Shown one piece after another: positions 42,227-53,933 of a stretch of 64,000 nt of DNA. The stretch is from an uncultured Spirochaetota bacterium (lineage in GTDB: Bacteria; Spirochaetota; Spirochaetia; SZUA-6; Fen-1364), in the NCBI GenBank assembly GCA_963745235.1, contig CAVUXE010000011.1, positions 44,719-108,718 on the forward strand, read 5' to 3'. A program made the position numbers and the translations under genes. Every line of letters begins with the position of its first letter. Positions within the stretch are counted from its first letter, which is position 1. The notes below the pieces were generated by a model, which did no database searches, was not told the DNA's origin, and worked only from the letters and a program-made list of their open reading frames with translations.

Positions 42227-43261
42227 ATGAGAAAGAGTCTTATACTGACGTGCCTAGGGGTGCTTCTCTTGGTGATCGCCGTGGGCGCCTTTGCGGCCCC
42301 GACGACCCTCGCGATTTCCATCCGTACCCTTTCCAGCCCCTACCAGGTGATGTACAAAAACGGCGCCGAGGCGTACGCGAAGATCGTCGGACTGCCCCTT
42401 GATGTGCTCACCACAGAGGCCAACAGCGAGAAAGGGCTCACGGACATAAAGGCGGAGATCGCGCGCACGGGCGGAAACGTGGCGTTCTACGTCGACCCCA
42501 ACGATGCTTCGGATGCGGTCTCCATTGCCAAGACTATGGAGGCGGCCGGAGTATACTGGGTGTCCTGGTGGAGCAAGCCGGCGGACGTGAAGGTCTGGAA
42601 CTACCCGCACTGGATTTGCCATGTCACCTTCGACGGGTTTCCCGCGGCAGTGTTCACTGCCAATGAGCTCCTAAAGACCTTTAAGACTCCGGGGCATGGA
42701 AAGATCATTGCTCTCCAAGGTAGACTGGGCGACACGCCCAACGCCGAGCGGTGGCAGGGACTGCAGAAAGTTCTCGCTGACAACCCCGGCGTGCAGCTTC
42801 TGGAGTGGGAATCTGCGGAATGGGACAGGACGAAGGCGTACAACGACACACGGGCCATGCTCGTCGCCAACCCGGACGTAGATGGGGTGTGGACGGCCAA
42901 CGATGACATGGCCTTAGGGGCAATCCAGGCGTTGAAGGAAGCCGGCCTCGCGGGTAAGGTCAAGGTGGTAGGGTGCGACGGTGAGCCCGAGATGTTTGAT
43001 GCTATCAAGGCCGGGCTTGCTGCGGCCACGGTGCTCAATGACGGCAACTACCAAGCGGAGCTCGGGCTGGCGATGTCTCTTGCGGCAAAACAGGGAAAAC
43101 TCAACGTCGCCTCTCTGCCGCATAAGTACCGCCAATTTGAGATTCCTGCAGTGAACGTGAACGCCGCAAACGCCGACCAGGTGAAGCACGACTATATTGA
43201 CAACATCCCAACGTACGACCTGAGCAATTTCTTCGCCCGATGGTCCCGGGCGCTGGAATAG
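42227..43261 (+). CDS. Sugar ABC substrate-binding protein, copy 2 (close paralog)
   Basis: Long blocks identical to copy 1 (TTLAISIRTLS, KPADVKVWNY, KYRQFEIPAVNVN, YDLSNFFARWS). Confidence 0.92.
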   Translation: MRKSLILTCLGVLLLVIAVGAFAAPTTLAISIRTLSSPYQVMYKNGAEAYAKIVGLPLDVLTTEANSEKGLTDIKAEIARTGGNVAFYVDPNDASDAVSIAKTMEAAGVYWVSWWSKPADVKVWNYPHWICHVTFDGFPAAVFTANELLKTFKTPGHGKIIALQGRLGDTPNAERWQGLQKVLADNPGVQLLEWESAEWDRTKAYNDTRAMLVANPDVDGVWTANDDMALGAIQALKEAGLAGKVKVVGCDGEPEMFDAIKAGLAAATVLNDGNYQAELGLAMSLAAKQGKLNVASLPHKYRQFEIPAVNVNAANADQVKHDYIDNIPTYDLSNFFARWSRALE

Positions 43262-43339
43262 GCCAAAAAAGTGGGTCACCGCGCAGGCACAGACTGTGGT
43301 TGCGCGGCGACCTTTAATTCTCCAGAGATGGGAGGGTAT

Positions 43340-44377
43340 GTGAGCGAGACGCGGGAAAACGTCAAGAGGGGACAGGTTACACACGCACGCAGAGGTTTGT
43401 CCGCTTCACTCGGAGCGGCGGGTCGCTGGTTCCGACGGGCCGGAGTTTCAGGGCAGCTTCTCACTCTTTTGATCGTAGGGGCCATCTTCGCCATTGGCAC
43501 GAAGGGCAGGTTTCTCAGCCTAGTCAACCTCCAGGTCATCCTGAGCCTTGCGGCGATTCCTGCTATCATCGCCGTCGGCCTCCACCAGGTGGTCGTGCTC
43601 GGCGGCATCGACCTCTCGGTGGAGGGAGTGGTTGCGTTGTGCGTGGTATTCGTCGGCCTGCTGCTGCGCAACAAGTTCAATACGAACGACGTGGGCTTCT
43701 GGATCGTCCCGATTGTCATCGGTATTGGCGGAATGGCGGGATTCGTCAGCGGCTTGTTCAACACGCGGTTAAAGATCCCTTCATTCATTGCCACTCTGGG
43801 GATGAGTTGGATACTCTGGGGTCTCGCCGTGTACATCAGCCGCGGACAGACAGTGGCTCTGCTGGACACCCGCTTCGAAGTGGTCGTCACCGGAAATGTC
43901 TTCGGCATACCCATCCTCGCAATCATTGCCCTGATCATTGTGGTCGTCCTGCAGCTCGTGCAGAATGGCACGCGATTCGGCCGCTACCTCTATGCGATTG
44001 GCGGGGACGAAACATTAGCCCGCCAGGCCGGGGTGAAAGTGGAGAGAATCAAGATGATTGTCTTCACCCTTGCCGGCCTTTTCTATGGCCTTTCCGCCTT
44101 CTTCCTATCAACGAGGCTCGGCGGCTCGCAAGCAATCACTGGCAACAACCTCTTGTTTCCGGCGGTGACCGCCGTCGCCGTGGGTGGGGTCGCGCTCACG
44201 GGTGGCATCGGGGGGGCCAAGAACGCCGCTTTGGGGGCTCTAATTGTAACAGCCCTGAACGATGGTCTCATCTTGATGCACGTAAATCCGTACGCGCAGG
44301 ACGCGGTGAACGGGGCGGTGCTTGTCGCCGCGGTGGCTCTTACAATCGACCGCAGAAAGCTGGGATTCATAAAATGA
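43340..44377 (+). CDS. Sugar ABC permease
   Basis: GGIDLSV, IPSFIATLG and TRFGRYLYAIGG. Confidence 0.92.
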   Translation: MSETRENVKRGQVTHARRGLSASLGAAGRWFRRAGVSGQLLTLLIVGAIFAIGTKGRFLSLVNLQVILSLAAIPAIIAVGLHQVVVLGGIDLSVEGVVALCVVFVGLLLRNKFNTNDVGFWIVPIVIGIGGMAGFVSGLFNTRLKIPSFIATLGMSWILWGLAVYISRGQTVALLDTRFEVVVTGNVFGIPILAIIALIIVVVLQLVQNGTRFGRYLYAIGGDETLARQAGVKVERIKMIVFTLAGLFYGLSAFFLSTRLGGSQAITGNNLLFPAVTAVAVGGVALTGGIGGAKNAALGALIVTALNDGLILMHVNPYAQDAVNGAVLVAAVALTIDRRKLGFIK

Positions 44378-45896
44378 GCAGTGAGGCAGTGATCACTCTG
44401 CGCGGTATCAACAAGTCCTATCCAGGAGTCGTGGCCCTGGACGGGGTCGACTTCTCGGTCCATGAGAAGGAGATCGTCGGCCTGGTAGGAGAAAACGGTG
44501 CGGGGAAGTCCACGCTGATGAAAATTCTCATCGGGCTCGTGCAGCCGGACAAAGGCAGCATAACGCTTCGGGGCCGCCCTGTGACCCTGAAAGATCCCGC
44601 GGACGCCACGCACTATGGCATAGGAATGGTCTTCCAGGACGGGACCCTGGTCCCTAACCTCACGATCCGTGAGAACCTCTTTCTCTGCCATGAGATCGCG
44701 TTCCAGAAGACTAGGATTTCCTTCTCGCGCGCGCAATGCGTGACACTGCGCGCGAGCTGCTGGCGCGAGTCAAGGTTGAGGTGGATGCGGAGACTCCTGT
44801 TGCCGAGGTGACCCCTGCGGTGCGTCAGATGGTAGAGATCGCCCGGCTCTTATGGCTGTCCAGGCTCTACGGACAGGAAAACCCCATACTGATCCTCGAC
44901 GAGCCCACCACCGTGCTCACTGAGGAGGAGCGTGGTACCCTGTTCTCCATCCTCCAGAGCATCAAGCGCGAGGCTTCTATAATCCTTATATCTCACCGCC
45001 TACAGGAGATCGTGGAAAACTCAGACAGAATAGTAATCCTCAAGGACGGGCGGAACGTTACTGAGATGCCCAAAGCGAGCGCGCGGATTGAAGACATCGA
45101 GCAGCAAATGGTCGGGCATACTTTCTCGGCGGATCGCTACCGTGAGGACGAGCAGCGGGACCCGGGCTCGACCTCGGTCCTGCTGGTGGAGAAACTCGCC
45201 CGCAAACGCGCATTCGAGCCGATCAGCTTCTCCGTCCGTGAGGGGGAGATCGTCAGCTTGGTTGGCCTTGTCGGCTCGGGAAAGGAGGAGATTTGCCGCT
45301 GCCTCAACGGTTTGGAGAAGGCCGATGCAGGAACTGTGGTACTTGGGGGCAAAAGGCTCTCCCCCGGCTCGCCCGGCGACGCGGTGGCCTCGGGTGAGGG
45401 CCACATTCCAATCGACCGCCGCAGCGAAGGTCTCGCACTCGGCATGACTGTGGCAGAGAACGTAAACCTCCTGGTTCTCAATCGCCTCAAGAGCGCGGGC
45501 TTGATCAGCCCCGCTCAGGAAAAGAGCAACGCGCTGCGCTGGATCGAGGAATGCCGGATCAAGACACCGTCGGCCAGGACCCTGTGCGCAAATCTGAGCG
45601 GCGGCAACCAGCAGAAAACGGTCATCGCGAAATGGCTCAGCTCACGAGTGAAACTGCTCATCCTTGACCATCCGACGCGCGGTGTCGACGTGGGGGCCAA
45701 GGATGACATCTATAAGCTTATCCGCAGGCTCGCGCAGGATGGGATCGGTATGGTGATCATGTGCGACACGCTCGAAGAAGACATAGGGCTCTGCAACAGG
45801 ATGCTGGTGATGAAGGACGGGCGGCTTGTTGGAGAGGTGCCATGCCCGCCACGGAAAAAGCCGAGTCCGCAAGACATTATCGGCCTCATTGTTTAA
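44374..45896 (+). CDS. Sugar ABC ATP-binding protein (frameshift near 44720)
   Basis: GENGAGKST, LDEPT, LSGGNQQK and PTRGVD. Confidence 0.88.
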
Positions 45897-45924
45897 AGCA
45901 ACGGCAAATCGAAGGAGAGCGGGC

Positions 45925-46920
45925 ATGGATGCAGGGGGATCGAGGAGTGCAGCGGGGGCGCAGGAGCGCACGCGGGCCCTGGCGGGCCGAGTGCGGATCC
46001 CGGCAATCCTGTATGCGGTCGGGCTACTGGTTGTTTTATTGCTCATTTTTACGATAGGCAACGGGAACTTTCTTTCTCTCTACAACCTGAACACGATCGC
46101 GAGTTACGCGGCAATTCTCCTCGTGGTCGGGCTGGGCCAGATGTGCACAATCCTCATCGGCGGGATCGACCTTTCCGTCGGAGGGCTGATGTCATTCATC
46201 TCCGTCCTGTTCGTGGTGTCAGTAAAAACCGTCGGGTTCTTAGCGTATCCGTTGTGCATCACTGTTGGAGTCGTCTTTGGCTACCTGAATGGGAACCTGC
46301 TCACGCGGATCAGAATTCCCTCCTTCATTGCCACTCTGGGAACGGGGGGCATCATGACCAGCCTTGCGCTGCTCGTCTCCCCGCTTCCCGTGGACGCCCC
46401 GGCGGCGCGCTACAGTATGCTTGACATCGTCAACGGGTCCTTCCTGCACGTGGGCAATTTGCTGCTGCTCACGCTCCTCGTCTTCGCAGTGTTTTATGTA
46501 CTGCTCAGGTTCACGGTAATAGGTAAGAGCATCTTCTACGTCGGGAGCAACATCACGATGTCGTGGATGTCTGGGATCGACATCGTGAAGACGCGCAACT
46601 TTGCCTACATCCTCTCCGGCGTTGGTGCAGCCCTCGCGGCCATCTTTCTGTCCTGTGGGCAGTACGGTGGGGACCCGGCACTAGGAAAAGTCTACATATT
46701 GAACTCGATCGCGGCGGTGGTTGTCGGCGGCACCGCGCTCACGGGAGGCACTGGGGGGCCCATCAACACTCTCATTGGGGCATTTGTGCTGAGCACGATG
46801 GAAAACGGGATGAACGTCGTTGGGGTGAACGCCTACTTTCAGCAGAGCATCCTCGGTGCTGTTATCGTGGCCAGTGTGTTCCTTACCTTTGATCGCAGCA
46901 AGGTGTCCACGGTGAAATAA
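45925..46920 (+). CDS. Sugar ABC permease
   Basis: GGIDLSVG, IPSFIATLG and AAVVVGGTALTGG. Confidence 0.92.
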   Translation: MDAGGSRSAAGAQERTRALAGRVRIPAILYAVGLLVVLLLIFTIGNGNFLSLYNLNTIASYAAILLVVGLGQMCTILIGGIDLSVGGLMSFISVLFVVSVKTVGFLAYPLCITVGVVFGYLNGNLLTRIRIPSFIATLGTGGIMTSLALLVSPLPVDAPAARYSMLDIVNGSFLHVGNLLLLTLLVFAVFYVLLRFTVIGKSIFYVGSNITMSWMSGIDIVKTRNFAYILSGVGAALAAIFLSCGQYGGDPALGKVYILNSIAAVVVGGTALTGGTGGPINTLIGAFVLSTMENGMNVVGVNAYFQQSILGAVIVASVFLTFDRSKVSTVK

Positions 46921-46929
46921 TTCCACAGA

Positions 46930-47961
46930 ATGAAAGGAACACAATCTATGGCAGGCGGCATGAGAACGAGAGAGCTGGGAAAATCAGGGATCCAGGCTTC
47001 CATCCTGGGCTTGGGGACATTTGCCATCGGTGGATGGTTCTGGGGCGGCACGGACGAGAAGAAATCCATCGAGGCGATCCATGCGAGCCTCGAGCGGGGT
47101 GTGAACCTCATCGACACGGCCCCCATCTACGGGTTCGGTGTGGCCGAACAGATCGTTGGCAAGGCGGTCAAGGGCAGGCGCGATAAGGTCATCATCGCAA
47201 CCAAGGTCGGTATGCGATGGGACACCGACAAGGGACAGTTCGATGGATACGCTGACGACAAGTCCCCTTCAAAGGAGCCGGCGAAATACAAGATACACAA
47301 GTACCTGGGCCCGGACGGCATCCGCTACGAGGTGGAACAGAGCCTGAAGAGGCTCGGCACGGATTACATCGACCTGTACCAGACACACTGGCAGGAGCCG
47401 ACGACTCCGATAGAGATGACCATGGAGGCGCTTCTGAAGCTCAAACAGGAAGGAAAGATCCGGGCCATCGGAGTTTCCAATGTCTCAGTGGAGCAACTCA
47501 AGCGCTATGGCAACGTGGCATCTGCCCAGGAGAGGTTCACCCTCATTGACAGGAACATAGTGAAGAACGGGCTCTTGGACTACTGCGTGAACAACTCCAT
47601 CTCGATCCTTAGCTACTTCAGCATGGAGCAGGGGCTGCTGACAGGGGTTATGTCGCCGGATCGGCTCTTCAAGGAAGGGGATACTCGAAAGACGAACCCG
47701 CTTTTTTCTCCCGAGAGTATCCGGCGCGTCAACGCGGTGGTGACCGAGCTCCGCCCGTTCGCGGAGAAGTATCGGGCCACCGTTTCCCAGATTGTGATCG
47801 CACTCACCCTGGCGCAGCGAGGCATCACGCACATGCTTGTAGGCGCGCGCGATGCCGCACAGGCCAAGGAGAACGCCGGCGGCGGATGCATCGAACTCTC
47901 CCACGACGACTTGGCAGCCATGAATGTAATCGGCGACAAGCTGGCCGCTCTTCACACATAG
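46930..47961 (+). CDS. Aldo/keto reductase
   Basis: DTAPIYG, ATKVG, IDLYQTHW and GKIRAIGVSN. Confidence 0.93.
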   Translation: MKGTQSMAGGMRTRELGKSGIQASILGLGTFAIGGWFWGGTDEKKSIEAIHASLERGVNLIDTAPIYGFGVAEQIVGKAVKGRRDKVIIATKVGMRWDTDKGQFDGYADDKSPSKEPAKYKIHKYLGPDGIRYEVEQSLKRLGTDYIDLYQTHWQEPTTPIEMTMEALLKLKQEGKIRAIGVSNVSVEQLKRYGNVASAQERFTLIDRNIVKNGLLDYCVNNSISILSYFSMEQGLLTGVMSPDRLFKEGDTRKTNPLFSPESIRRVNAVVTELRPFAEKYRATVSQIVIALTLAQRGITHMLVGARDAAQAKENAGGGCIELSHDDLAAMNVIGDKLAALHT

Positions 47962-47972
47962 GAGAAGCAGAC

Positions 47973-49010
47973 ATGCCAAGACTCACGCAGCGAGTTTTCG
48001 GGAGAACCCGTGAGGGAGATGAAATCCTTCAACTAACCCTGGAAGAAGGCCAGGTGAGCGTCCAGCTCATCAGCTACGGAGCGACTCTTTCCTCCGTGCG
48101 GGTTCCCGACAGAAAGGGGTCCGTGGATGAGATCACGCTGGGCTTTGATTCGCTGGAAGGATATCTGAATCCCCATCCCTATTTCGGTAGTACTCTCGGG
48201 CGAGTGGCGAATCGAATTGCGAGAGGCGTGTTCACAATCGACGGAAAAACCTACGCGCTATTCTGCAACGACGGCAAAAACCATCTCCACGGAGGAAAGA
48301 AGGGGTTCAACAGGAACGTATGGTGCTCCGCGGGCTTTCAGCGCGACGGGATTGCGGGAGTAGTATTCTCGTATGCCAGCCCGGACGGTGAGGAGGGGTA
48401 CCCGGGAAACCTCGATGCCCGCGTCAGCTATACCCTGAATGAGTCAGGAACGTTGGAAGTCACCTGGGAGGCCAGAACAGATCGGCCCACAATTGTGAAT
48501 CTTTCCAACCACGCTTACTGGAACCTGAAAGGTGCGGGAAACGGCAACATCAAAGATCACCTGGTTACCCTCTCTGCCGAGCGCTATCTCCCCTCTGATG
48601 CGGAACTCATTCCGACCGGGCAGCTCCGCGAGGTCGCGGGGACTCCGTACGATTTCCTCAAGGAAAAGAGTATCGGACAGGATTTGGAAAAAGCCGGGGG
48701 CGGCTATGATTCGTGCTTCGTGCTGGGAAATCTCGTCGATGGCTGGCGCAAGGTCGGCATGGTCCGTGAGACTTCAACGGGCAGGGGCATGGAGGTGTTC
48801 GCTACCCAGCCAGGCGTGCATTTCTACTCGGGCCACATGATGACTCCGATGACTGGTCGCGGCGGAAAGCAATTCCCGGTATACGGGGCATTTGCCCTGG
48901 AGACCGAAGCCTTCCCCGACGCGGTCAACCAAAAGGGCTTCCCCAGCGTGATAGTGAGGCCGGGAGAAACCTACTCTGAAAAGATGAAGGTCAGGTTTTT
49001 CGCTGAATGA
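47973..49010 (+). CDS. galM: Aldose 1-epimerase (mutarotase)
   Basis: GRVANRI, NHLHGG, NHAYWNL, YDSCF and ALETE. Confidence 0.92.
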   Translation: MPRLTQRVFGRTREGDEILQLTLEEGQVSVQLISYGATLSSVRVPDRKGSVDEITLGFDSLEGYLNPHPYFGSTLGRVANRIARGVFTIDGKTYALFCNDGKNHLHGGKKGFNRNVWCSAGFQRDGIAGVVFSYASPDGEEGYPGNLDARVSYTLNESGTLEVTWEARTDRPTIVNLSNHAYWNLKGAGNGNIKDHLVTLSAERYLPSDAELIPTGQLREVAGTPYDFLKEKSIGQDLEKAGGGYDSCFVLGNLVDGWRKVGMVRETSTGRGMEVFATQPGVHFYSGHMMTPMTGRGGKQFPVYGAFALETEAFPDAVNQKGFPSVIVRPGETYSEKMKVRFFAE

Positions 49011-49026
49011 CAAACAAGGAGCGCAC

Positions 49027-49433
49027 ATGTACGAGACTATGAATCTCTCCCACACTGATGCGCAGATAATGATCGCGAATGTTCAGAAAAAGTTGGAAAC
49101 GGACAAGCTTGCTGCTGCGATCGCTGTAACGGATTCCCACGGCGAGTTGATAGCTTTCCTCAGAATGGACGGGTGTCACCTGCCGCGCTGTATATCGCCA
49201 TGAACAAGGCATTCACGGCCGCGCGGGGGCGCAAGCCTTCAGGAGAGGTGGGCGCCTCGTCGCGCAGCGTGCCCTTTGCCATGACGAACTACGGGGACCT
49301 GCGGTACACCGGCTGGGCAGGGGGCTTTCCCGTCCTGCACGACGGGAAAGTCGTGGGTGCGATCGGCATAAGCGGACTCGACGAACAGCAGGAGACATCG
49401 CTGGCTCGCCTCGCGCTCACCGCGATTGCCTAA
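49027..49433 (+). CDS. GlcG/HbpS-like heme-binding protein (frameshift near 49180)
   Basis: IAVTDSHGELIAFLRMDG, NKAFTAA and GGFPV...VVGAIGISG. Confidence 0.85.
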
Positions 49434-49541
49434 AGCGGCCCCAACGCATGGATGTCGAAGGGCGCTGAGCACATCGGCGCTGCGCAGGCGTCCCAAAGGA
49501 ACGACCCTGTCCTAGGGTCTACAAGCTGGCCATTTAAGGAG

Positions 49542-50561
49542 ATGAAAGTGGAACAACGGATGCAGCAGCCCAGGCTCTTTGCCCGGCTTCCCAATTACGC
49601 GGTCACACCCGACGGCATGGCCATCGATTCGGATGGCAATCTCATCCTCGCCTGCCCGAACTACGCGGACCCGTCACTGCCCGGCTGTCTTTTGAAGTTT
49701 GACAGGGACAGAAAGGTGAGCAAGTGGGTAGACGTGCCGGTGTCCCCCGAGACAGGGCATGCCTTTCCAATGGGTATCGCTTTCGGTCCTGACGGCGACC
49801 TATACATCTGCGACAACCAGGGCTGGTCGGACCCAAGCGTCCCGAATTGTCCCGGGTACGGCTTCAAGGGCCGCATCCTGCGCTTGAGGATCAGGGACAA
49901 CAAGGTCGTAAAGACAACCGTCATCGCGCACGGCATGGAGCACCCTAATGGCATGCGCATCAACAGGGGCCATGTCTATGTCACTCACAGTATGCTTACG
50001 CGGGTGAAGGACCCCTCAGGCCTCCTTGTAAGCTGCGTGTATCGTTTCCGTCTGGACGACCAGAACATCGCGATCACCAATACTCTGGAGGATCCGAATA
50101 TTTTCACCACGTTCATTACGCACAACAAGAACATCCAGTATGGCGCGGACGGAATCGAGTTCGACAAGTTCGGCAACTTGTATGTGGGGAACTTCGGAGA
50201 CGGAGCGGTGCACAAAATCACTTTCAAGGATGACGGCACGGCAAAGGACAATACCGTCTGGGCAAAGGACCCAGCTCAGCTGAAATCCACGGACGGAATG
50301 ATCATCGATTCTGAGGGCAATATCTACATCGCGGACTTTTGCGCCAACGCAGTTGCCCGGGTCTCTCCCAGCGGGAAGGTCACGCGCATAGCCCAAAGCT
50401 CTGACGCCGACGGCTCAAACGGCGAACTTAACCAGCCCGGGGAGCCGATCATCTGGCAGGGTCGACTCGTAGTGACCTGCTTCGATCTGGTGACAGGTCC
50501 CGAGATGGTGAACACGAAACACGAAATGCCGGCAACGCTCTCGGAGCTGACGCCGGGTTAG
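49542..50561 (+). CDS. SMP-30/gluconolactonase-like beta-propeller
   Basis: Repeated PDGMAIDSDGNL, ADGIEFDKFGNLY and TDGMIIDSEGNIY blades. Confidence 0.8.
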   Translation: MKVEQRMQQPRLFARLPNYAVTPDGMAIDSDGNLILACPNYADPSLPGCLLKFDRDRKVSKWVDVPVSPETGHAFPMGIAFGPDGDLYICDNQGWSDPSVPNCPGYGFKGRILRLRIRDNKVVKTTVIAHGMEHPNGMRINRGHVYVTHSMLTRVKDPSGLLVSCVYRFRLDDQNIAITNTLEDPNIFTTFITHNKNIQYGADGIEFDKFGNLYVGNFGDGAVHKITFKDDGTAKDNTVWAKDPAQLKSTDGMIIDSEGNIYIADFCANAVARVSPSGKVTRIAQSSDADGSNGELNQPGEPIIWQGRLVVTCFDLVTGPEMVNTKHEMPATLSELTPG

Positions 50562-51114
50562 GGATAGCCGAAAGAACGCCGAGAGCAGAGGTTGTCCTGG
50601 AATATTGCGCGTTCGGAATTTTCAGGCGTTTAAGACCATGCCCATAGAGTCCACTCAGGAAAACGAAGTTGAAGGGCGAGCGATGCAACTACCAGTATTC
50701 ATTGCGGACGATATTTAGTTTTAGCGAAATGATGTTATGCCGTCACCAGCTTGATTCTCACCGTCCAGATTGCTAAGGGCTGCAGAGAGATGGGGCGGTC
50801 GCCTGCCACGTCATTGTGGGACTGCTCTTTTCGTTCGTGCCTATCCTCGTCTCCTCTAGTATGCAGAGTCGCGCCCGCCACCGGCAGGGTCTAGTGCTCG
50901 CAACGGCATGAAGGTTCAAGTCCTCTTCCGAGCAATCGGGAAATGCTTCTTTCATATGCCGACTGCATTCTCCTTGACGAAAGCAATACCTCAGAATGCT
51001 TGTTGAAGTCGTGAGTGGCAGCCTGCAAGACCCCAACGGAATCGTCGGCTGCCGGCTTGGTTATCAACCTCGATCGCTCCCTGAGGGGATTATTCGGGGG
51101 AGCTTATCGTAATT

Positions 51115-51150
51115 GGCATCAGCTCACGAAACGGAAAAACGCACGCTAAG
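51115..51150 (+). repeat. Degenerate Tn3-family inverted repeat (points right)
   Basis: GGCATCAGCTCACGAAACGGAAAAACGCACGCTAAG resembles the IRs at 57250 and 57826. Confidence 0.7.
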
Positions 51151-51428
51151 GCTGCAGACCCCTCCCCTCGCATGTTAGACAATATGAGATTATATAACTA
51201 TATGACTATAATTCCTTCTACTGCAATAAGTTGTAGGAAGCTACTTTTGATAGCGGCAACATGTCAGCCCGCCTGCGTTTTTCGGTGAAGATAAAGGGGA
51301 AGTATCTTGGCGAGTCAGTTCTTCGCCCCTCCTCGGCGAGCGGGACGCGGAGGAGTTCCTCCTGTACGCCCCGGAAAGCAAAGATCGCGGGTTTCTGCGA
51401 CTGGAACAAGATGTGACGGAGGATGTGG

Positions 51429-53175
51429 TCACTCCCGCCAGTAGTCGCTGAGCGAGATCCACGCGCCGAACAACGGGGTGGCCCTGATCCACGACGTCCC
51501 GCCGCGCTCCTCCGCCACAGCGAGTCCCGCGCGCGAAAGCAATTCCTGACACCAGTGCTCGTACTTCTCCCGGAACGCTGCAACATGGTCCGGGTCCTTG
51601 CCCCGGATCAGGACCTGCCAGTACAGCCGCAGGACTTCGGCGGCATAGTCACGTGTCCGCTCGAACTCGGCGCCCCGTCGGCACATAAGCAAGAACGTGT
51701 ACCGCAGCACGGCGTGATGGGGATCACGCCACCATGTGTCGTCGACGCCATCGAGGATGTCCGGCAGCGTCTCGAGCGTTACCTCCGCTACCCGCTGCGA
51801 GCCCTCCAACGTTTCCGCCAGATCTTCAAGCCCTGCGACCGCCTGACCGAGCAGCCGCCGCGTCGTGTCGTCGGAGTGCAGGCGGAACAGCTCGCAGGAT
51901 TCCAGGCGTCGGTGCAGCATTTCGCGCTCCTCGGGGGACGGCACGGGGAACCCAGGGAACCCTCCCTCGATCAGGATGACGTCAGCCTCCTGGAGTCGAG
52001 CGAGGCTTGCCTGCACCTCCCGCGCGTTCTCCAGGCTCACGCCATGGAGGCTCGCCAGCTCCGCGAGGTCCCAGGACATACCGTGGTTTGTCCGCTCCGT
52101 GATGTCGCGTGTAAGGGCGTTGATCTTCGCCAGTTCCTCGTTGGCCGGGCCAAGCACCTGCTCGGACTCGAATGCTCTCACGTAGCGCGCGGCCCGGGCC
52201 TTCCCTTCCTGTCACCATCGTGGCAGCCACCTCCATGTTCTGCGTGACCTGCCAACCCGGCTCCTCGGGGAACTTCGCCTGGCGCTCCAGGAGGCGCGCC
52301 AGCTCCCGGTAGCTTTCCACCTCCCGGGCGTGAATGACCAAGGTGCGCTGCTTCGGATCATAGAACATCTCGGAGGTCTCGAACACCGGGTCGACGCCCC
52401 GGCGGCTGCAGCGAGTGAGCCCGCACGCTTCCGTGACGTCGAAGGAGGCGGCCAGCGGGGATGCATCGAAGGTGTCGGCACGCGCCGACGAAGTGAACAT
52501 GAACAGCCGCCGTCCCCGATGGGTGATCGGTGGTATCTCCGCGAAGTAGTCGAGGACCATGAACCGTTCGGGCGCGTCGTTCATGACGCCGGCCAGTCCT
52601 GTGGCCGCATAGGTCTGCGGCCGAAGGAGCCGGGCAAAGTAGTGAAAGTCCATGGCCGGGAAGGCGCGAAAATAGTGCATCAGTCCGAATGCCTGCAGGC
52701 ATGCGCCGTTGGTGTACAGGAACGAGAGGTAGCTCTCAGCGTGCTCCCGCAGGAGCTGCCCGAGGGCAGGCGAATACACGAGCAGCTTCTTCGCGTCCGC
52801 GTGGTCCGTAACCTCCAAGAGCCCTCCACCGTGGTCCCGGTACGGCGCAAAGGCGGCGAAGAAGGCCGGTCGGCTCCCGATGGTCTCCAGGAGATCGACT
52901 GCCTCACGCGATAGCTGCTTGCGAAAGCTGCCGAGGTACCGGCTGGTCTCACGCGGACTGTGCAGCACCGAGGCTACGGCGAGCTGCGCGGTCGTCCCGC
53001 CGAGCCACTCGGAGGCCAGCTTTTCCCTCCCCTCGCCAAGGGGTCGGAGGGCATCCCTCAGCGCTCGTTTTGCCCTGCTGCTGGCCAGAGCCCAGGGAAC
53101 AAGGGTATCCTCGATCTCATCGATGAGCTCGTAGGTCCGTTTGCAGACTGCCAGAGTGGCGCCGAGATCGTTCAC
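51429..53175 (-). CDS. Hypothetical protein (~580 aa, frameshift near 52190)
   Basis: Two overlapping GC-rich ORFs with natural-looking composition; no family recognised. Confidence 0.55.
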
Positions 53176-53453
53176 GAGTCACGATACCCCGCATCATGGC
53201 CTTTGGTCGAGTGCGGAGGTTCTTCTTATGCCTGCTTGTACTGCCTGCGGCCCTCGTCTCCGACCAGATGCTCGCCATTGAGGGCAGCGGCTGAGGTCCG
53301 CCGAAAGTTAGAAGGTTATACAACGTTCCAATGGATAACGTGCGACTGGAGCGGGAAAAAACTCTCCCTTCCGGCAACTCCCCGGTCTACTAGACCAACG
53401 AACACACCGAATGGAAAGTGCTAACAGAAAGGTTATGGCGTTTGCTTCGAATA

Positions 53454-53933
53454 TCAAGCGCGTCCAACTCGTGTGAGTATACGCTCATCTGTCTCGTATG
53501 GTTCTGGCTTCCCTATCACAATCTTTGCAAAATCCGGATGCGCCGGATTGAGTAGATAGTTTGACTCTCTGGGGGATACGGCAGATGGCACTTTCAACAC
53601 TGCGCTTCGTCCAGACTTCAGCCACTCATCCCCTAGAAGCTGCAAAGGAAGCCAATCAGGCTCAAACAGGCTCCTCCAGTCAGGTGGTAGCTTTGTTGAA
53701 TCTAGAGTCTCAACCAAGCCGTCGTCAAACTGGAACGAAACCGTACGATAGACATCAAGAAGTCCGCTGTCGGCGTGTGCTATCGTTTCCATAGCTGAAA
53801 GCGACAGGGATTCGGATGTATAGACCACTTTCTGTCCCTTGACGTTCCACCGCCCTCCAGCAAGCGCCGCACCTTCTCCGGTTTGGGTGCTTTTCGCAAA
53901 CTTCGGGTGGCAAATCCGCCAGGTGGTGATCAC
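53454..53933 (-). CDS. RES-domain toxin (ParT/MbcT-like NAD+ phosphorylase)
   Basis: GEGAALAGGRWN...VVYTSESLSL..ME, LKVPSAV and NYLLNPAHPDF. Confidence 0.92.
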   Translation of the reverse strand: MITTWRICHPKFAKSTQTGEGAALAGGRWNVKGQKVVYTSESLSLSAMETIAHADSGLLDVYRTVSFQFDDGLVETLDSTKLPPDWRSLFEPDWLPLQLLGDEWLKSGRSAVLKVPSAVSPRESNYLLNPAHPDFAKIVIGKPEPYETDERILTRVGRA

